Source of the DNA: a virus
Lineage: Duplodnaviria > Caudoviricetes
Length of the DNA: 64,000 nt
IMG/VR virus record: IMGVR_UViG_3300009183_000045
Direction: 5' to 3' (one strand)
In this document: piece by piece, positions 1 through 11,446 of the stretch
Layout of the letters: each line of letters begins with the position of its first letter
Position numbering within the stretch: the stretch's first letter is position 1
Notes under the pieces: model-generated
What the model saw: only the letters and a program-made list of their open reading frames with translations
What the model was told of the DNA's origin: nothing
Databases searched by the model: none
Program-made: the position numbers and the translations under genes

Positions 1-2
1 GT

Positions 3-1454
3 AATATTAGAGCCACAGGCACCCTCAACATAGGAGGTACCAGCTTACTCCATGGCCCGTTATGGTTGGGTAGACAAGACGCTTCATTGGAAGGAGGACA
101 ATTAACTTTTGCCAAAGCATTAGATAATACAGAAGCTTGGACCATTGATGTTTTCGGAAATGATGCATCTCCTCGTTTAAGATTTTTTACTTCTAACGAA
201 AAGATGACCATTTTAAACAATGGCAAAGTTGGAATAGGAACCGCTGCTCCTACTAGAACATTAGAAGTAAACGGAGATTTCCAAGCAACTAACATTTATG
301 GATCTTTAAATGTAAATCAAATAGCCGGGACTCTTTTAACCTCTCAAGGCGGAACAGGCGGCGCCACCGCTTCAGCGGGTGCAAAGAATTTATTAGACGG
401 GATAGGCACTGGTACATCTGGTTATGTTTTAAAAACAGGAGGTGCTGGAAATTATTATTGGGCAGCAGAAACGGGAGCCACCGTCCAAGTAGGAACTCTT
501 ATAAATTCTACTCGGGCGGCATGGACGGCCACGGCCTCTCAAACTGTATTCACGGCCCCTTCTTATACAACCGGAGCCAATCAATTAAGAGTATATGTTA
601 ATGGCGTTCGCCAAACCACCAATGATTACGCAGAAACATCTACAACTTCTTTTACATTAACAGTTGGTTGTAATGCTGGAGATTATGTTTTAGCAGAGGT
701 GGATGGATATTATACATATCCAAACATAGCGTCTGCAGTAGTGTTTAGCCCCACAGGCAATGTCGCTGCTATAAATGTTCAATCTGCAATAGCAGAGCTA
801 GATACAGAAAAATTTGATAAAACTGGGGGACCTATTTCCGGGGATGTAACAATGTCTGCTGCTAAAATAACCTTAGCTGCAGGAACTACCACTAAACCGC
901 CTTTAGTGTTTTCATCTGGTGCAACCCTTAGTAGTTTATTGGCTGGCGCCGTGGAATGGGACGGTTCTAAACTATATGTCACATATACTGCGGGCCCTAC
1001 AAGAAAAACAGTGGCCACAGAAGATTATGTAACCACGGCCTTAGGATCTTATGCCCCTAAAGCAGCTCCTGCTTTCACAGGAGCTTGCCAAATTGGTGTA
1101 AGTGGAACTAATGGTAGTCTTTTAGTTTACGGCGACATAAATGCCACAGGCGATGTAATTGCTGCTTATGCCCCCTCAGATATAAGACTTAAATCTAACA
1201 TAGTTCCTATATCCGATGCGTTAAACAAAATTGATAAAATTTCTGGTGTTGAATTTATATGGAATAATAAACAGCAACTTTATAAAGGCAAGGATGTGGG
1301 AGTTATTGCCCAGGAAATAGAAAAAGTCTTACCCGAAGTGGTAGCCGTCAGACATGATGGATATAATGGGGTAAAATATGAAAAAATTGTGGCTCTATTA
1401 ATTGAAGGTATTAAAGAATTAAGAAAAGAAGTAGAGGAGTTAAAAAGAAAGTAA
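3..1454 (+). CDS. Tail fibre/spike protein with C-terminal Peptidase_S74 intramolecular chaperone; 5'-truncated by the window edge
   Basis: The frame is open from nt 3, so the TTG at 66 is probably not the start. The C-terminus SDIRLKSNI...[17 protein letters not shown]...VKYEKIVALLIEGIKEL matches the S74 chaperone pattern. Confidence 0.85.
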   Translation, partial: NIRATGTLNIGGTSLLHGPLWLGRQDASLEGGQLTFAKALDNTEAWTIDVFGNDASPRLRFFTSNEKMTILNNGKVGIGTAAPTRTLEVNGDFQATNIYGSLNVNQIAGTLLTSQGGTGGATASAGAKNLLDGIGTGTSGYVLKTGGAGNYYWAAETGATVQVGTLINSTRAAWTATASQTVFTAPSYTTGANQLRVYVNGVRQTTNDYAETSTTSFTLTVGCNAGDYVLAEVDGYYTYPNIASAVVFSPTGNVAAINVQSAIAELDTEKFDKTGGPISGDVTMSAAKITLAAGTTTKPPLVFSSGATLSSLLAGAVEWDGSKLYVTYTAGPTRKTVATEDYVTTALGSYAPKAAPAFTGACQIGVSGTNGSLLVYGDINATGDVIAAYAPSDIRLKSNIVPISDALNKIDKISGVEFIWNNKQQLYKGKDVGVIAQEIEKVLPEVVAVRHDGYNGVKYEKIVALLIEGIKELRKEVEELKRK

Positions 1455-1469
1455 TAAATTTATTAAATT

Positions 1470-2081
1470 ATGACAAAAGTTAAAAGTTCAACATTAGATT
1501 TAACAAATCTTTCAGCAATAGCCGCCGCCACCGGCGGAGCCACCTACACAGGCGCTTGGACCCCTGGGAGCGGTGGAACTTTTGTTTCTACTTCTTGTTC
1601 TGGAAATGCAGCAACCGCTAGTGCTTGTACCGGCAACGCAGCTACAGCTACAAATGCAACCGCATTGCGCAATGCTGCCACCACCGCATACATACTCGCA
1701 GCTCTTTCCGGTGCTAGTACGATAGTACAAACTGACACATACGGGTCCATAACAGCCACCGGAGACGTAACCGCATATTCAGATGCTAAACTTAAAGAAA
1801 ATGTAAAAACTATTGACAATGCTTTGGATAAAACATTAAAATTAAGAGGAGTCTATTATAATAAAATAGATGATCAAACGAAGCGTCAAAATGTTGGAGT
1901 TATAGCCCAGGAAATTAAAGAAATTTTACCAGAAGTGGTACATTGCGTTGATTCAGAGAATGAAGATTCTATTTTATCAGTTAGTTACGGCAACATTGTT
2001 GCTCTTCTTATAGAAGCTATTAAAGAACAACAAAAACAAATAGAAGATTTAAAGAAGGTTGTTACTAAGTTAAATAAATAA
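1470..2081 (+). CDS. Short fibre protein with Peptidase_S74 chaperone domain
   Basis: [10 protein letters not shown]...[17 protein letters not shown]...[18 protein letters not shown]; Ala/Thr-rich N-terminal half. Confidence 0.85.
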   Translation: MTKVKSSTLDLTNLSAIAAATGGATYTGAWTPGSGGTFVSTSCSGNAATASACTGNAATATNATALRNAATTAYILAALSGASTIVQTDTYGSITATGDVTAYSDAKLKENVKTIDNALDKTLKLRGVYYNKIDDQTKRQNVGVIAQEIKEILPEVVHCVDSENEDSILSVSYGNIVALLIEAIKEQQKQIEDLKKVVTKLNK

Positions 2082-2082
2082 T

Positions 2083-3960
2083 ATGAGTTTCGTCAAAGCC
2101 ACTTTAAATATGTTTGAAATTCCACTCAGTGGAGTTTTAGCCGGTAAAAACTCTGTAGTCAATCATGATAACAGTTTCATTATCGGATCGAACATGATGT
2201 CAACATCAGCAAATGTTTTATTTGTTAATAGTTTAAGTGCTTCTGGCAAAATTTTTGGAGTTACTGATGGTAGCATGGTTAACTCTGTAGGAGGAAAAAG
2301 AGGCAATGTAACCTTAGAAATTCCGGATGTTAATTACCTGGAAACAACTTTACAAAGTATTGAGCAAACTCTTTATTCTAAATTAGATTTAGTAGGAGGT
2401 ACCATTGTTGGAGATCTTACAGTCACGGGAGGAATATCTGCACAGGGAGGAGTTCATTTTGCCAATACCATATTTTCCACAACCTCTTCTTTAAGTGTGG
2501 TCAACACTGGGTACGGCCCCGCTCTTTATGTATATCAAGGCAAAGGATCTGGAGATGTCGCTTCTTTCTATGACGGTGACGGAATAGAAGTTTTACATAT
2601 AGGAAACGCAAAAAATACAGCAGGGCTGGATCCATCTGGGGTCATTGGGATTAAAACCTCTAATCCCAACAAAACTTTAACGGTTGTGGGTGAAATCAGT
2701 GCTACCTCAGATATTACCACTTCTGGTAAATTTAAAGGAGATGGAACTTCTTTGACATTGCCTTTGGCAACCTCTGGTCTTGCAGGTGTATTTAAATTAG
2801 GAGCTGGGTTATCTTTGGATCCGAACGGCGCTTTGAATATTGCCAATATTTTCACCGGTGCCACTGGAGCTACGGGTCCCATTGGAGCCTCTGGAGCCAC
2901 TGGACCTCTAGGAATTACTGGAGCTACGGGACCTTCCGGGCCTATCGGATTTTCGGGCTCTCCTGGTCAAACAGGGACCCAAGGATCTACTGGAGCCACT
3001 GGATTGGGCGCTACTGGAGCCACTGGCATTCAAGGTCCAAACGGCGCCACTGGACCCTTTGGTGCCACCGGCCTTGGAGCCACCGGCGCCACAGGCATTC
3101 AAGGCCCGAGTGGGGCGACAGGTCCTCAGGGTATTCAAGGAACTCCTGGAGGAGCCACTGGGCTTCAGGGTCCTACAGGAGCCACGGGATTAGGAGCCAC
3201 CGGAGTTCAGGGGCCAGCCGGCATTCAAGGGGCCACTGGAATAGGAGTTCAGGGACTTAGTGGTAATCCAGGAGCTACTGGAGTCATGGGTCCCGCCGGG
3301 CCTGTAGGTGCTACTGGAATAGGTGCCACCGGACTTCAGGGCACTATAGGAATACAAGGAATTCAAGGTCCAAGCGGGGCCACGGGTATTCAGGGTGCCA
3401 CTGGTTTAGGAGCAACCGGCATTCAAGGACCCACAGGTGCCACGGGAATACAGGGTGTCTCTGGTTTATCTGGTAGTCTAGGACAAACTGGACCCACAGG
3501 TGCTACTGGTATTCAGGGAGCCACAGGAATACAAGGTGCTACTGGTATTCAGGGAGCCACTGGTGCAAACTTAGACAGTACTAAACTTCCTCTAGCAGGT
3601 GGAACCATGACTGGTGGGATAAATCTTCTCTACGTCACAGAAACATATGCAGTCCCTTCCATTGTATCCAATGCAGTTGCTTTTGATTTAACATCTGCCT
3701 CTTTATTTAGATTAACTCTAAATTCTACAGTCACTATAACCTTTACAAACACCCCAACTGCTCCAAAAGTTTATAGTTTTGCTTTACAGACTATAGGAGA
3801 CGGAACTGCTAGAGCCATTACTTGGCCCACTACTATTAAATGGCCAACAGGAGTTGCACCCACCGTAACATCTACTCTTAATAAAGTAGATACATACAGC
3901 TTTCTCACATCAGATGGTGGCTCCAACTGGTATGGATATATAGGTTATCAGGGACATTAA
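2083..3960 (+). CDS. Collagen-like (Gly-X-Y) fibre protein
   Basis: About 240 aa of GAT/GXQ triplets. The C-terminal domain [14 protein letters not shown]...[18 protein letters not shown] is typical of phage fibre tips. Confidence 0.85.
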   Translation: MSFVKATLNMFEIPLSGVLAGKNSVVNHDNSFIIGSNMMSTSANVLFVNSLSASGKIFGVTDGSMVNSVGGKRGNVTLEIPDVNYLETTLQSIEQTLYSKLDLVGGTIVGDLTVTGGISAQGGVHFANTIFSTTSSLSVVNTGYGPALYVYQGKGSGDVASFYDGDGIEVLHIGNAKNTAGLDPSGVIGIKTSNPNKTLTVVGEISATSDITTSGKFKGDGTSLTLPLATSGLAGVFKLGAGLSLDPNGALNIANIFTGATGATGPIGASGATGPLGITGATGPSGPIGFSGSPGQTGTQGSTGATGLGATGATGIQGPNGATGPFGATGLGATGATGIQGPSGATGPQGIQGTPGGATGLQGPTGATGLGATGVQGPAGIQGATGIGVQGLSGNPGATGVMGPAGPVGATGIGATGLQGTIGIQGIQGPSGATGIQGATGLGATGIQGPTGATGIQGVSGLSGSLGQTGPTGATGIQGATGIQGATGIQGATGANLDSTKLPLAGGTMTGGINLLYVTETYAVPSIVSNAVAFDLTSASLFRLTLNSTVTITFTNTPTAPKVYSFALQTIGDGTARAITWPTTIKWPTGVAPTVTSTLNKVDTYSFLTSDGGSNWYGYIGYQGH

Positions 3961-3962
3961 TT

Positions 3963-4448
3963 ATGAAATTATATTGCTTAGTAGAAGACAGAAAAGATGA
4001 AGAAGGTAATGTTTATAAGAGTATAAACCAAGGTCCCACAGAATTGCCGCAAAACACTTCATTTGTTTCTAATTTAAATTCTTTAGACGAAACCTCTCTT
4101 AAAGAATTGGGATGGTTGCCTTATAAAAAGCAATCAGAAGACAAAGAAGTTTATGTTTCTTCTAAATATGAAATTTTAGAAGACAAAGTAATTGAAATTA
4201 TAGAAACCAGAAATAAAACCGAAGAAGAATTAAACATTGATAAAGAAAAGAGAGAATATTATCTATGGCAAGATTTGAGAAAACAAAGAGATCAGTTGTT
4301 GTCTGAATCTGATAAAATGGTCATGGTGGACAAGTGGGAAAAAATGAATGAATTTGAAAGAGAAAGGATATCCACATATCGTCAATCTTTAAGAGACTTG
4401 CCAGATTTAACCAAAGATCCTGCCGAAGTAAACTTTCCAGTTCTTTAA
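3963..4448 (+). CDS. Phage tail-fibre assembly chaperone-like protein
   Basis: WQDLRKQRDQLLSESD...YRQSLRDLP motif, directly downstream of a fibre gene. Confidence 0.7.
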   Translation: MKLYCLVEDRKDEEGNVYKSINQGPTELPQNTSFVSNLNSLDETSLKELGWLPYKKQSEDKEVYVSSKYEILEDKVIEIIETRNKTEEELNIDKEKREYYLWQDLRKQRDQLLSESDKMVMVDKWEKMNEFERERISTYRQSLRDLPDLTKDPAEVNFPVL

Positions 4449-4452
4449 TTTT

Positions 4453-6222
4453 ATGTCTTTCTTATTTGCCCAGCGCAGGAGTTTTTCGAATTCTTTGTCC
4501 GTCAAAGGCCTCGGAACATTTAATAGAATTGCAGCGACCGACGGCTGTTCTTTGGCTCTTAAAAGTGATGGCACATTAATTGGATGGGGAATTGGCCCTC
4601 ACCTTATCATTCCTTCTAGTGCTAATTCAGGGGTGGTGGACATTAAAGTAAGCCAGCAAGGTTGTTTGGCTCTTAAAAGTGATGGTTCAGTGATAGGATG
4701 GGGCACTAATTGGTATGGTGAATTCACCATTCCTATTGGAGTTAGTTCTAAAGTGGTGAGTATTTCCCTGGGCGGCCATCATTCTCTAGCTCTTAAAAGT
4801 GATGGCACTGTAGTTGGCTGGGGGGATAATAGTTACGGCCAAATTACTATTCCTTCTAGTGCCACTTCTGGTGTGGTGGCTATTGCTTGTGGGTATTACC
4901 ATTCTCTAGCTCTTAAAAGTGATGGATCTGTAATTGCCTGGGGATTTAATAATTTTGGTCAAACCACTATTCCTATTAGTGCTAATTCTAATGTGGTTGC
5001 TATTGCTGCAGGTGGCTTCCATTCTCTAGCTCTTAAAAGTAATGGCACTGTAGTTGGCTGGGGGAGCTATGTTTATGGAGAGCTCGCCATTACAGATTCT
5101 AATGTGGTGGCTATTGCTGCTAGTGGGAATGTTTCCTTGGCTCTTAAAAGTGATGGCTCTGTAATTAGTGCCGGACAATGGGCGTTCTACAACGCCAATA
5201 CCAATCAAATGTATTATGTCGGGGTCACCAATCCCACTAGTGTTAGTTCTGGCGTGGTTACTATTGATACCTCTAGTCGAAGTTGTTTAGCCATTAAAAG
5301 TGATGGCTCTATAATTGGTTGGGGGGATAATAGTGTCGGCCAAATTACTATTTCTACTACAACCCTTTCTAGAGCAGCCTGTGCAAAAAGAATTGCTGCT
5401 GGCCGCACCCATTCTCTAGCTCTTAAAAGTGATGGATCTGTAATTGCCTGGGGATTGAATAATTTTGGTCAAACCACTATTCCTTCTAGTGCCACTTCTG
5501 GTGTGGTGGCTATTGCTGGCGGCTGGCGCCATTCTCTAGCTCTTAAAAGTGACGGCTCTGTAATTGCCTGGGGAGATAATTTTTATGACCAAACTACTAT
5601 TCCTTCTAGTGCCACCTCTGGTGTGGTGGCTATTGATTGTGGGGATTACCATTCTCTAGCTCTTAAAAGTGACGGCTCTGTAATTGCCTGGGGATATGGT
5701 GTTGACGGTCAAACCACCATTCCATCCAGTGCCACTTCTGGTGTGGTGGCTATTGCTTGTGCCCAATATTATTCTCTAGCCCTTAAAAGTGACGGCTCTG
5801 TAATCTCCTGGGGGCGTAATAGTGTCGGTCAAGCCCCCATTCCATCCAGTGCTGCTTCTGGTGTGGTGGCTATTGCTTGTGGCGTCGAGTATTCCATGGC
5901 CCTTAAAAGTGACGGCTCTGTGATTGGTTGGGGAATCAATATTTACGGGACGTCACCCGTTATTCCATCCAGCGCGCTTTCTGGTGTAGTGGCTATTGCT
6001 TGTGGTGGCAACCATTATCTAGCACTTAAAAGTGACGGCTCTGTAATTGCCTGGGGATATAATAATTATGGTCAAACCACCATTCCATCCAGCGCACTTT
6101 CTGGTGTAGTGGCTATTGCTGGCGGCAGCGAGCATTCCATGGCCCTTAAAAGTGACGGCTCTGTAATTGCCTGGGGAAATAATAGTAGTGGTCAAACCAC
6201 TGTTCCAGCATCTTTAACTTAA
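4453..6222 (+). CDS. RCC1/BLIP-II repeat protein, 14 repeats (likely two 7-bladed propellers)
   Basis: 14 copies of (H)SLALKSDGSVIAWG within roughly 40-aa units. Confidence 0.85.
   Translation: MSFLFAQRRSFSNSLSVKGLGTFNRIAATDGCSLALKSDGTLIGWGIGPHLIIPSSANSGVVDIKVSQQGCLALKSDGSVIGWGTNWYGEFTIPIGVSSKVVSISLGGHHSLALKSDGTVVGWGDNSYGQITIPSSATSGVVAIACGYYHSLALKSDGSVIAWGFNNFGQTTIPISANSNVVAIAAGGFHSLALKSNGTVVGWGSYVYGELAITDSNVVAIAASGNVSLALKSDGSVISAGQWAFYNANTNQMYYVGVTNPTSVSSGVVTIDTSSRSCLAIKSDGSIIGWGDNSVGQITISTTTLSRAACAKRIAAGRTHSLALKSDGSVIAWGLNNFGQTTIPSSATSGVVAIAGGWRHSLALKSDGSVIAWGDNFYDQTTIPSSATSGVVAIDCGDYHSLALKSDGSVIAWGYGVDGQTTIPSSATSGVVAIACAQYYSLALKSDGSVISWGRNSVGQAPIPSSAASGVVAIACGVEYSMALKSDGSVIGWGINIYGTSPVIPSSALSGVVAIACGGNHYLALKSDGSVIAWGYNNYGQTTIPSSALSGVVAIAGGSEHSMALKSDGSVIAWGNNSSGQTTVPASLT
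4771..6210 (+). repeat. Coding tandem repeat of about 120 bp (RCC1 blades)
   Basis: Near-identical cattctctagctcttaaaagtga(t/c)ggctctgtaattgcctgggg units; 120-bp spacing is clearest at 5401-6200. Confidence 0.9.
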
Positions 6223-6258
6223 CAGAAGAGTTATACTATCATAGTTAACCATTCTTGA

Positions 6259-6264
6259 TAAATA
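6259..6264 (+). promoter_or_regulatory. T4-late-like promoter TAAATA
   Basis: 6 nt before ATG 6271. Confidence 0.6.
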
Positions 6265-6270
6265 GTATAG

Positions 6271-9200
6271 ATGTCCGTTTCTTTTAATTTTCCAGACCTC
6301 AACACTATTCAATGGCTCCCAGTTAATTATAAAACTGTAGGCCAAGATTATGTTACTAAATTTACTACTTTAAAATTTCAAGACGGAGTAACTTTTGGGT
6401 TGAATGAATGTTTAAAGAATTTTAAAGATGCATCATTTAATAAGAGCACTGGAATGTTCTTAACTGACATTAACACTAGTTCTAACATTTTAGAAGATGC
6501 TAGTAACCCCGACGATATTAGCAATCTGGCTCAAATTTTTACACCCATATGCACAGTTGATTCACTAGACAATAAATTAATAACTCTATCTACAACCTAT
6601 GAATTGTCTGCCACATCTCGTGTGGCTATGGATTTATTTGGTAAAAATTCTAATGCTCAATCCTCAGATAATTTTAATTTTATTTTCTCTAAAGATTTCA
6701 CACATGTATTAAACAACGCAGAAGAAAATTTTGTTTCGGTAGAAACCACTTATTATAGCAAAAACACTCAGGAAGTTCCTCATCAATTTTTATTAACTTG
6801 GAATAATATTAATAATAAATTAATTTTTCAACCAAAAATACATCCAGATAGTAATAGTCAGAAATTTTCTTATCTATTGTCCGATGATGGTATTTGTTTA
6901 TTTAAACCGGATACAAACTTTTCTATACTGGTAGATAAGGATTCAAGCTCAGATACTTTTGTTTTTAAAAACTATACACCGACTCCGAATGAAGCCCTTC
7001 CTCTTTCTTCCTTTTTAAAATTTGTTTCTTATAAAATCCAGCAACTCTCTCATTCAGATATTGTAGACAGCCATTTGACTCGGTATGCAGTTAACAAATT
7101 AGACTATCAACAAGAAATAGTCCCAGACCCAGAAATTAATTCTGAGCCATATTCTCAAAATTTCTTAGGCATTTTTCCAGTAGAGAAACCCGTAATTGAA
7201 GATGATAGAGCTACCTACAATTTACAAATACACGGATTAAAAAATTATCAAACCCCTGAATACAATTACTCTTTTAATAAAAATTATGTAGATGGATACA
7301 ATGGAGTTCATCGAATATATGATCACATATTTTCCGGATCCAATCAAAAAGAAGGTCTTCTTAATGTCCATTTGGGGTATACCGCAAATACTTCAGAGTT
7401 AACATTTTTAAGAGACCAAGAAACCCCATTTAATTTTGCCTCTACTTCTTTTAGAATGCCTTTGAGTAGTGCGGGCCTTATAGAAGACGGAGCCATTCCT
7501 GGTCATCATCCGTTTGTTTCTGATCGCATATACTTTCGCCAAATGGATTATAATGGACAAATACAGGGAGTGCCCCAACCTCCTAGTATAAACAAATTCA
7601 CCAATACATGGTTATGTGCTTGGTTATCTGGGTCTAATAGCAATGGTTCATTATGGATGGATAGATTTTATAATGCAGCTTATTATACTTTAGACCAAGC
7701 CCTGACTTCAAACAATTTAATTTATCATGATAAAATAGACCCTTCTCAGAGTTACATAATAGATGTTCCTTCTACTATGTTTTTAGAACCAGGAGCCTTT
7801 TATAGATACTATCACAGTGGTATTAAGACTAGTCAACAATATGTGCCTTTTATAGACGGAACCTTCAACTCTCCGCTTGGATCAAAGGTACTGCATATAA
7901 GTTCTTGGAATTCTAATCCTTTACAGGACAATTCTTTATACCAAAACAATGGTTTAATACATCCTGTGGGTTTTTTGAACAAAGAATCTGATTATTGGGA
8001 TTTGACTGGAGATAATCATGTTGTGTTTCCATCTAAAAGTCAATTATTAGAAGAACATCACTTTACAACCTCTTTATGGGTCAAAGTGTCTAACTGGTCT
8101 AATATTCAAGGGAAACAGATATTCGGTAATTTCTATGACAGTGGATATGGCCTACTCAATGATACATCTTTAACAGCACCTTTATTATCCTTTATAGATA
8201 AATCTACCGGACAACTTTATAATTTAAATTATAAATTTAAAATTGTAAACACTTCTGATACTCCTATAGATGCCTTAACCAAAAATATTATCACCGTCAG
8301 GCTTCCAGATTTTACTTATTGGGTATTTGATGCCAATAACGGAACTGGTATTAAATTTGACATTGAAGGAAGGAAATTAAAATCCACCACTCAAAGATTT
8401 TTTAGAATAGCTCAAATAGAAGTAGATGAAAATTCAAATCTACATATATTTCAACCTTACAAAAAAAGAGTAATTGTTTTAAATCAACATGGTGTTTTAT
8501 TAAACAAACTTACTTATCACATTAAAAAAAGAGCCTCAGTTCGAGTGGAGCTTTTTAAATATCAAAATTTTTCTAAAACATCTGTTATTGAAATTTTTGG
8601 AAATGCTTCCGTGATTGACAATGAAGGACACATCTGGCAAGTGTTAGGCAATAACCTGTACAAGTCAACTTACAATGCAATTTCAGATGTTCATGGGTCA
8701 CCGACATTTTTTGCGACTCTGGGAGTTACCCAACAAATAACCTGTGACTCTTATAACAATATATGGATATTACACGATCAAGATAAAATATCCATTCTTA
8801 AAGCAAATCAAAAATCTTTTCAGACCTTTAGAATGGGCAAACGCAAAGGCCTTCCTGAAGACCCTTGTTTAAAAAATTCTGTTAGGTTTCGATATCTTAA
8901 CTTCGTCAAAACACCAGAAACTAGTACAGTAGATTGTGAGGTTCAAAAATATAAAGATTTAGCAATATTAATAGATGTAAGAGACAACGAATTAATGTTA
9001 TTAGATTTAAACGGAGATCTCCTCACTCGTTTAGACATGACCACATTGTATGGATTAAAATCTTCCGTTCCAGAATTTTGTGCGGATGGTGATTTTACTG
9101 GATATCAATTATTGAGAAGATTTAAGAGCAATAGTAAAAACATAGGTTGGAAATTTTATATAGCAGAAAAGACTGGTAGATACCCAGAAACATTATCTTT

Positions 9201-9756
9201 AAAATATGACAGTTCTTTACTGCATCCCGGGTGGCATCATTTTACTTTTGTTTTTGATGCAGAAAATGGAGTTGCCTCTTATTATATAGATTCTGTTTTA
9301 GTGGATCAAACCCCAGTAGACAAAACCAAACAATTGTGGTTTGATTATCGCTCCTCTTTATTGTTAGGTGCAGAATCTGTAAAAAATAGTAGTTTAAATG
9401 ATTTAATTAATCTTCAAGATGCTTATAAATTTATAGGGCAAGTTGCAGATTTGAGAATTTATAATAAATCTTTATCTCAGGGAGATGTTGAACAATTATA
9501 TTTTAGTTTTAAATATTCAGACAATCGCAAACCGTTAATTTGGAATATGTCTACAGGTAAACGAAATTATATCGAAAACATTCAACACTGGTTTCAATTA
9601 CAATTACCCGGAAGCAAGAGTAAATATTTTAACATTAACATTCACAATTTAAACACAACACCGGAAATACAAGCTCTTATAGAAGATGCTATAAGAAAAA
9701 ATATATCTAAATTAGCACCTGCCTATACTTCTTTGTATAAAATAAACTGGTCATAA
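6271..9756 (+). CDS. Large structural protein with LamG/concanavalin A-like domains
   Basis: HFTTSLWVKV and GWHHFTFVFD...YYIDS...FIGQVADLRIYNKSLS are LamG hallmarks; TAAATA precedes the start. Confidence 0.7.
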   Translation: MSVSFNFPDLNTIQWLPVNYKTVGQDYVTKFTTLKFQDGVTFGLNECLKNFKDASFNKSTGMFLTDINTSSNILEDASNPDDISNLAQIFTPICTVDSLDNKLITLSTTYELSATSRVAMDLFGKNSNAQSSDNFNFIFSKDFTHVLNNAEENFVSVETTYYSKNTQEVPHQFLLTWNNINNKLIFQPKIHPDSNSQKFSYLLSDDGICLFKPDTNFSILVDKDSSSDTFVFKNYTPTPNEALPLSSFLKFVSYKIQQLSHSDIVDSHLTRYAVNKLDYQQEIVPDPEINSEPYSQNFLGIFPVEKPVIEDDRATYNLQIHGLKNYQTPEYNYSFNKNYVDGYNGVHRIYDHIFSGSNQKEGLLNVHLGYTANTSELTFLRDQETPFNFASTSFRMPLSSAGLIEDGAIPGHHPFVSDRIYFRQMDYNGQIQGVPQPPSINKFTNTWLCAWLSGSNSNGSLWMDRFYNAAYYTLDQALTSNNLIYHDKIDPSQSYIIDVPSTMFLEPGAFYRYYHSGIKTSQQYVPFIDGTFNSPLGSKVLHISSWNSNPLQDNSLYQNNGLIHPVGFLNKESDYWDLTGDNHVVFPSKSQLLEEHHFTTSLWVKVSNWSNIQGKQIFGNFYDSGYGLLNDTSLTAPLLSFIDKSTGQLYNLNYKFKIVNTSDTPIDALTKNIITVRLPDFTYWVFDANNGTGIKFDIEGRKLKSTTQRFFRIAQIEVDENSNLHIFQPYKKRVIVLNQHGVLLNKLTYHIKKRASVRVELFKYQNFSKTSVIEIFGNASVIDNEGHIWQVLGNNLYKSTYNAISDVHGSPTFFATLGVTQQITCDSYNNIWILHDQDKISILKANQKSFQTFRMGKRKGLPEDPCLKNSVRFRYLNFVKTPETSTVDCEVQKYKDLAILIDVRDNELMLLDLNGDLLTRLDMTTLYGLKSSVPEFCADGDFTGYQLLRRFKSNSKNIGWKFYIAEKTGRYPETLSLKYDSSLLHPGWHHFTFVFDAENGVASYYIDSVLVDQTPVDKTKQLWFDYRSSLLLGAESVKNSSLNDLINLQDAYKFIGQVADLRIYNKSLSQGDVEQLYFSFKYSDNRKPLIWNMSTGKRNYIENIQHWFQLQLPGSKSKYFNINIHNLNTTPEIQALIEDAIRKNISKLAPAYTSLYKINWS

Positions 9757-9759
9757 CCC

Positions 9760-10548
9760 ATGAGTTCCATTCCAAACATTCCTACCAAATTTAAAGAAGG
9801 TTGCTCTTTGATATATCTTATAGATGAAAATCAATGTGTGGCACATTCCAGAGACACCATTAATAACAATATTTCTTCTTTGTCTAGCAATTTGCTAAAT
9901 CTTGAAAATTATGCCCAGTATTGGAATACAGCATATTCAACTTTTTTATCCAACAGTGCTTCCTGGTTGATTGCATCTTCTCATATACAACAATACAATA
10001 AATTGTGGTCTGGGACTTATACCACGGTTAATGCTTTAAGTGCTAGTTGGTACACTCCTTTTACATTATACTACCCTCAAATTGTTTTAATAGATACCTG
10101 GTATAGCAATCCAGCCGCCTATACCGGCAAGCTTATTCCCGATTGGTTAACAACAAATTTTCCTCCTTTAAAATATGCCCCTTCACAAATAGTATATATT
10201 CAAGTTAATCTGTATCAGCAACAACCCTTTAGTTTTAGTTTTAGCAGATCTCTTTGGGAGGGATGTGCCCCTCAAGGAGGTGCCTCATTTGTTTGTAATC
10301 AAGAATGCGGAGACAGACCTAATAGAGGATGTAATCACCATGACGAACATGCTGGTTGGGGTGCCTGTGATAATGCCTTTGATCACTGTGGGGTTTCTGT
10401 AAGAGCTTTAAATTCTTCTTTCTCTTGCGGCAGTTCTGGCGGAAGACAATTACAAATAAATAAAAACTTAACATCGGTAGACACGAGTGTTGCTCGAATT
10501 TTAAAATTTACCTATAAAAACATTAACAATACTTGGAGTTTGATATAA
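9760..10548 (+). CDS. Putative virion protein, paralogue 1 of 3, with Cys-rich insert
   Basis: Shares TTV..LSASW..F.L.YP, WL..NFP and the C-terminal NN.W with the next two ORFs. Confidence 0.55.
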   Translation: MSSIPNIPTKFKEGCSLIYLIDENQCVAHSRDTINNNISSLSSNLLNLENYAQYWNTAYSTFLSNSASWLIASSHIQQYNKLWSGTYTTVNALSASWYTPFTLYYPQIVLIDTWYSNPAAYTGKLIPDWLTTNFPPLKYAPSQIVYIQVNLYQQQPFSFSFSRSLWEGCAPQGGASFVCNQECGDRPNRGCNHHDEHAGWGACDNAFDHCGVSVRALNSSFSCGSSGGRQLQINKNLTSVDTSVARILKFTYKNINNTWSLI

Positions 10549-11433
10549 ATGTACAACTTTACCGCCATAGGCCTTTCTTCAACTATAGGTGACTCTTTGC
10601 CTCTTGTAAACCAAAATTATGAATTTTTGGATCAATGGACTGCAAACATACAATTAAGTGCCACTCAATATTGGCAACCTTTGATAGATTTGTATAATAG
10701 ACATTTAACAGATTGGAACCAATCTTTAACACTGGCTCAGCAAAACTCTGCAATTTGGACCAGTGTTTCTACCACAGTTGAAAGTTTTAGTGCAGCGTGG
10801 CTTACTCCATTATCTCTGTTTTATCCCCAAATATATCCTCAAAATACAGATCTGGCCACCGTTAAAAATACTATAACTGCATGGCTCAATCAAAATTTTC
10901 CAGTATCAAATGCATTCACATCTGCTCCCTATTATGTAGAAAATCAAAAAGCAATTGTTTATAATTACAATTATTATATAGCAAACATTGTCAATGAAAA
11001 ACAAACAATTGTAGATCAAACTACCTGCAGCACGCAAGACGGTGTTTCTGTAATTAATTGTCGTAGTGATTTAACCGGAACTGCATTTTGTAGTAATGGA
11101 GATGTGGCCTGTGATGGTAATGGTAGTCAATGTGCTCATAATGAAAGTGTAAGTTGTTCATTTAACGCCGGTCCCTATATTGTGGGTCAGGGATATAAAA
11201 CTGTAGTAGTGCCCAGAGATCCTATAAGAACTATTGATGATGATGGTAATACTGTTCTCACGGCTCAATCGCCGATAACTACCACAGTTTATGGCAATTT
11301 AAGTAATACAGGCCAATCTTATATACAAGCAAATATAAGCACCTATTTTGTAAATCAATCCGAAACAACCTCTCTTAATTATTTTAAATTTATAGTCAAG
11401 GACTGTCAGTGGGTTTATGTTTCATCCTTTTAA
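10549..11433 (+). CDS. Putative virion protein, paralogue 2 of 3, with Cys-rich insert
   Basis: TTVESFSAAWLTPLSLFYPQ and AWLNQNFP. Confidence 0.55.
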   Translation: MYNFTAIGLSSTIGDSLPLVNQNYEFLDQWTANIQLSATQYWQPLIDLYNRHLTDWNQSLTLAQQNSAIWTSVSTTVESFSAAWLTPLSLFYPQIYPQNTDLATVKNTITAWLNQNFPVSNAFTSAPYYVENQKAIVYNYNYYIANIVNEKQTIVDQTTCSTQDGVSVINCRSDLTGTAFCSNGDVACDGNGSQCAHNESVSCSFNAGPYIVGQGYKTVVVPRDPIRTIDDDGNTVLTAQSPITTTVYGNLSNTGQSYIQANISTYFVNQSETTSLNYFKFIVKDCQWVYVSSF

Positions 11434-11446
11434 TAGATAATTCAAT

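Noticed and set aside
4453-6222. RCC1 repeats as a CRISPR array or DGR target
   Set aside because: The repeats are in-frame coding with no spacers. The variation is not adenine-restricted, and no reverse transcriptase or cas gene is in the window.
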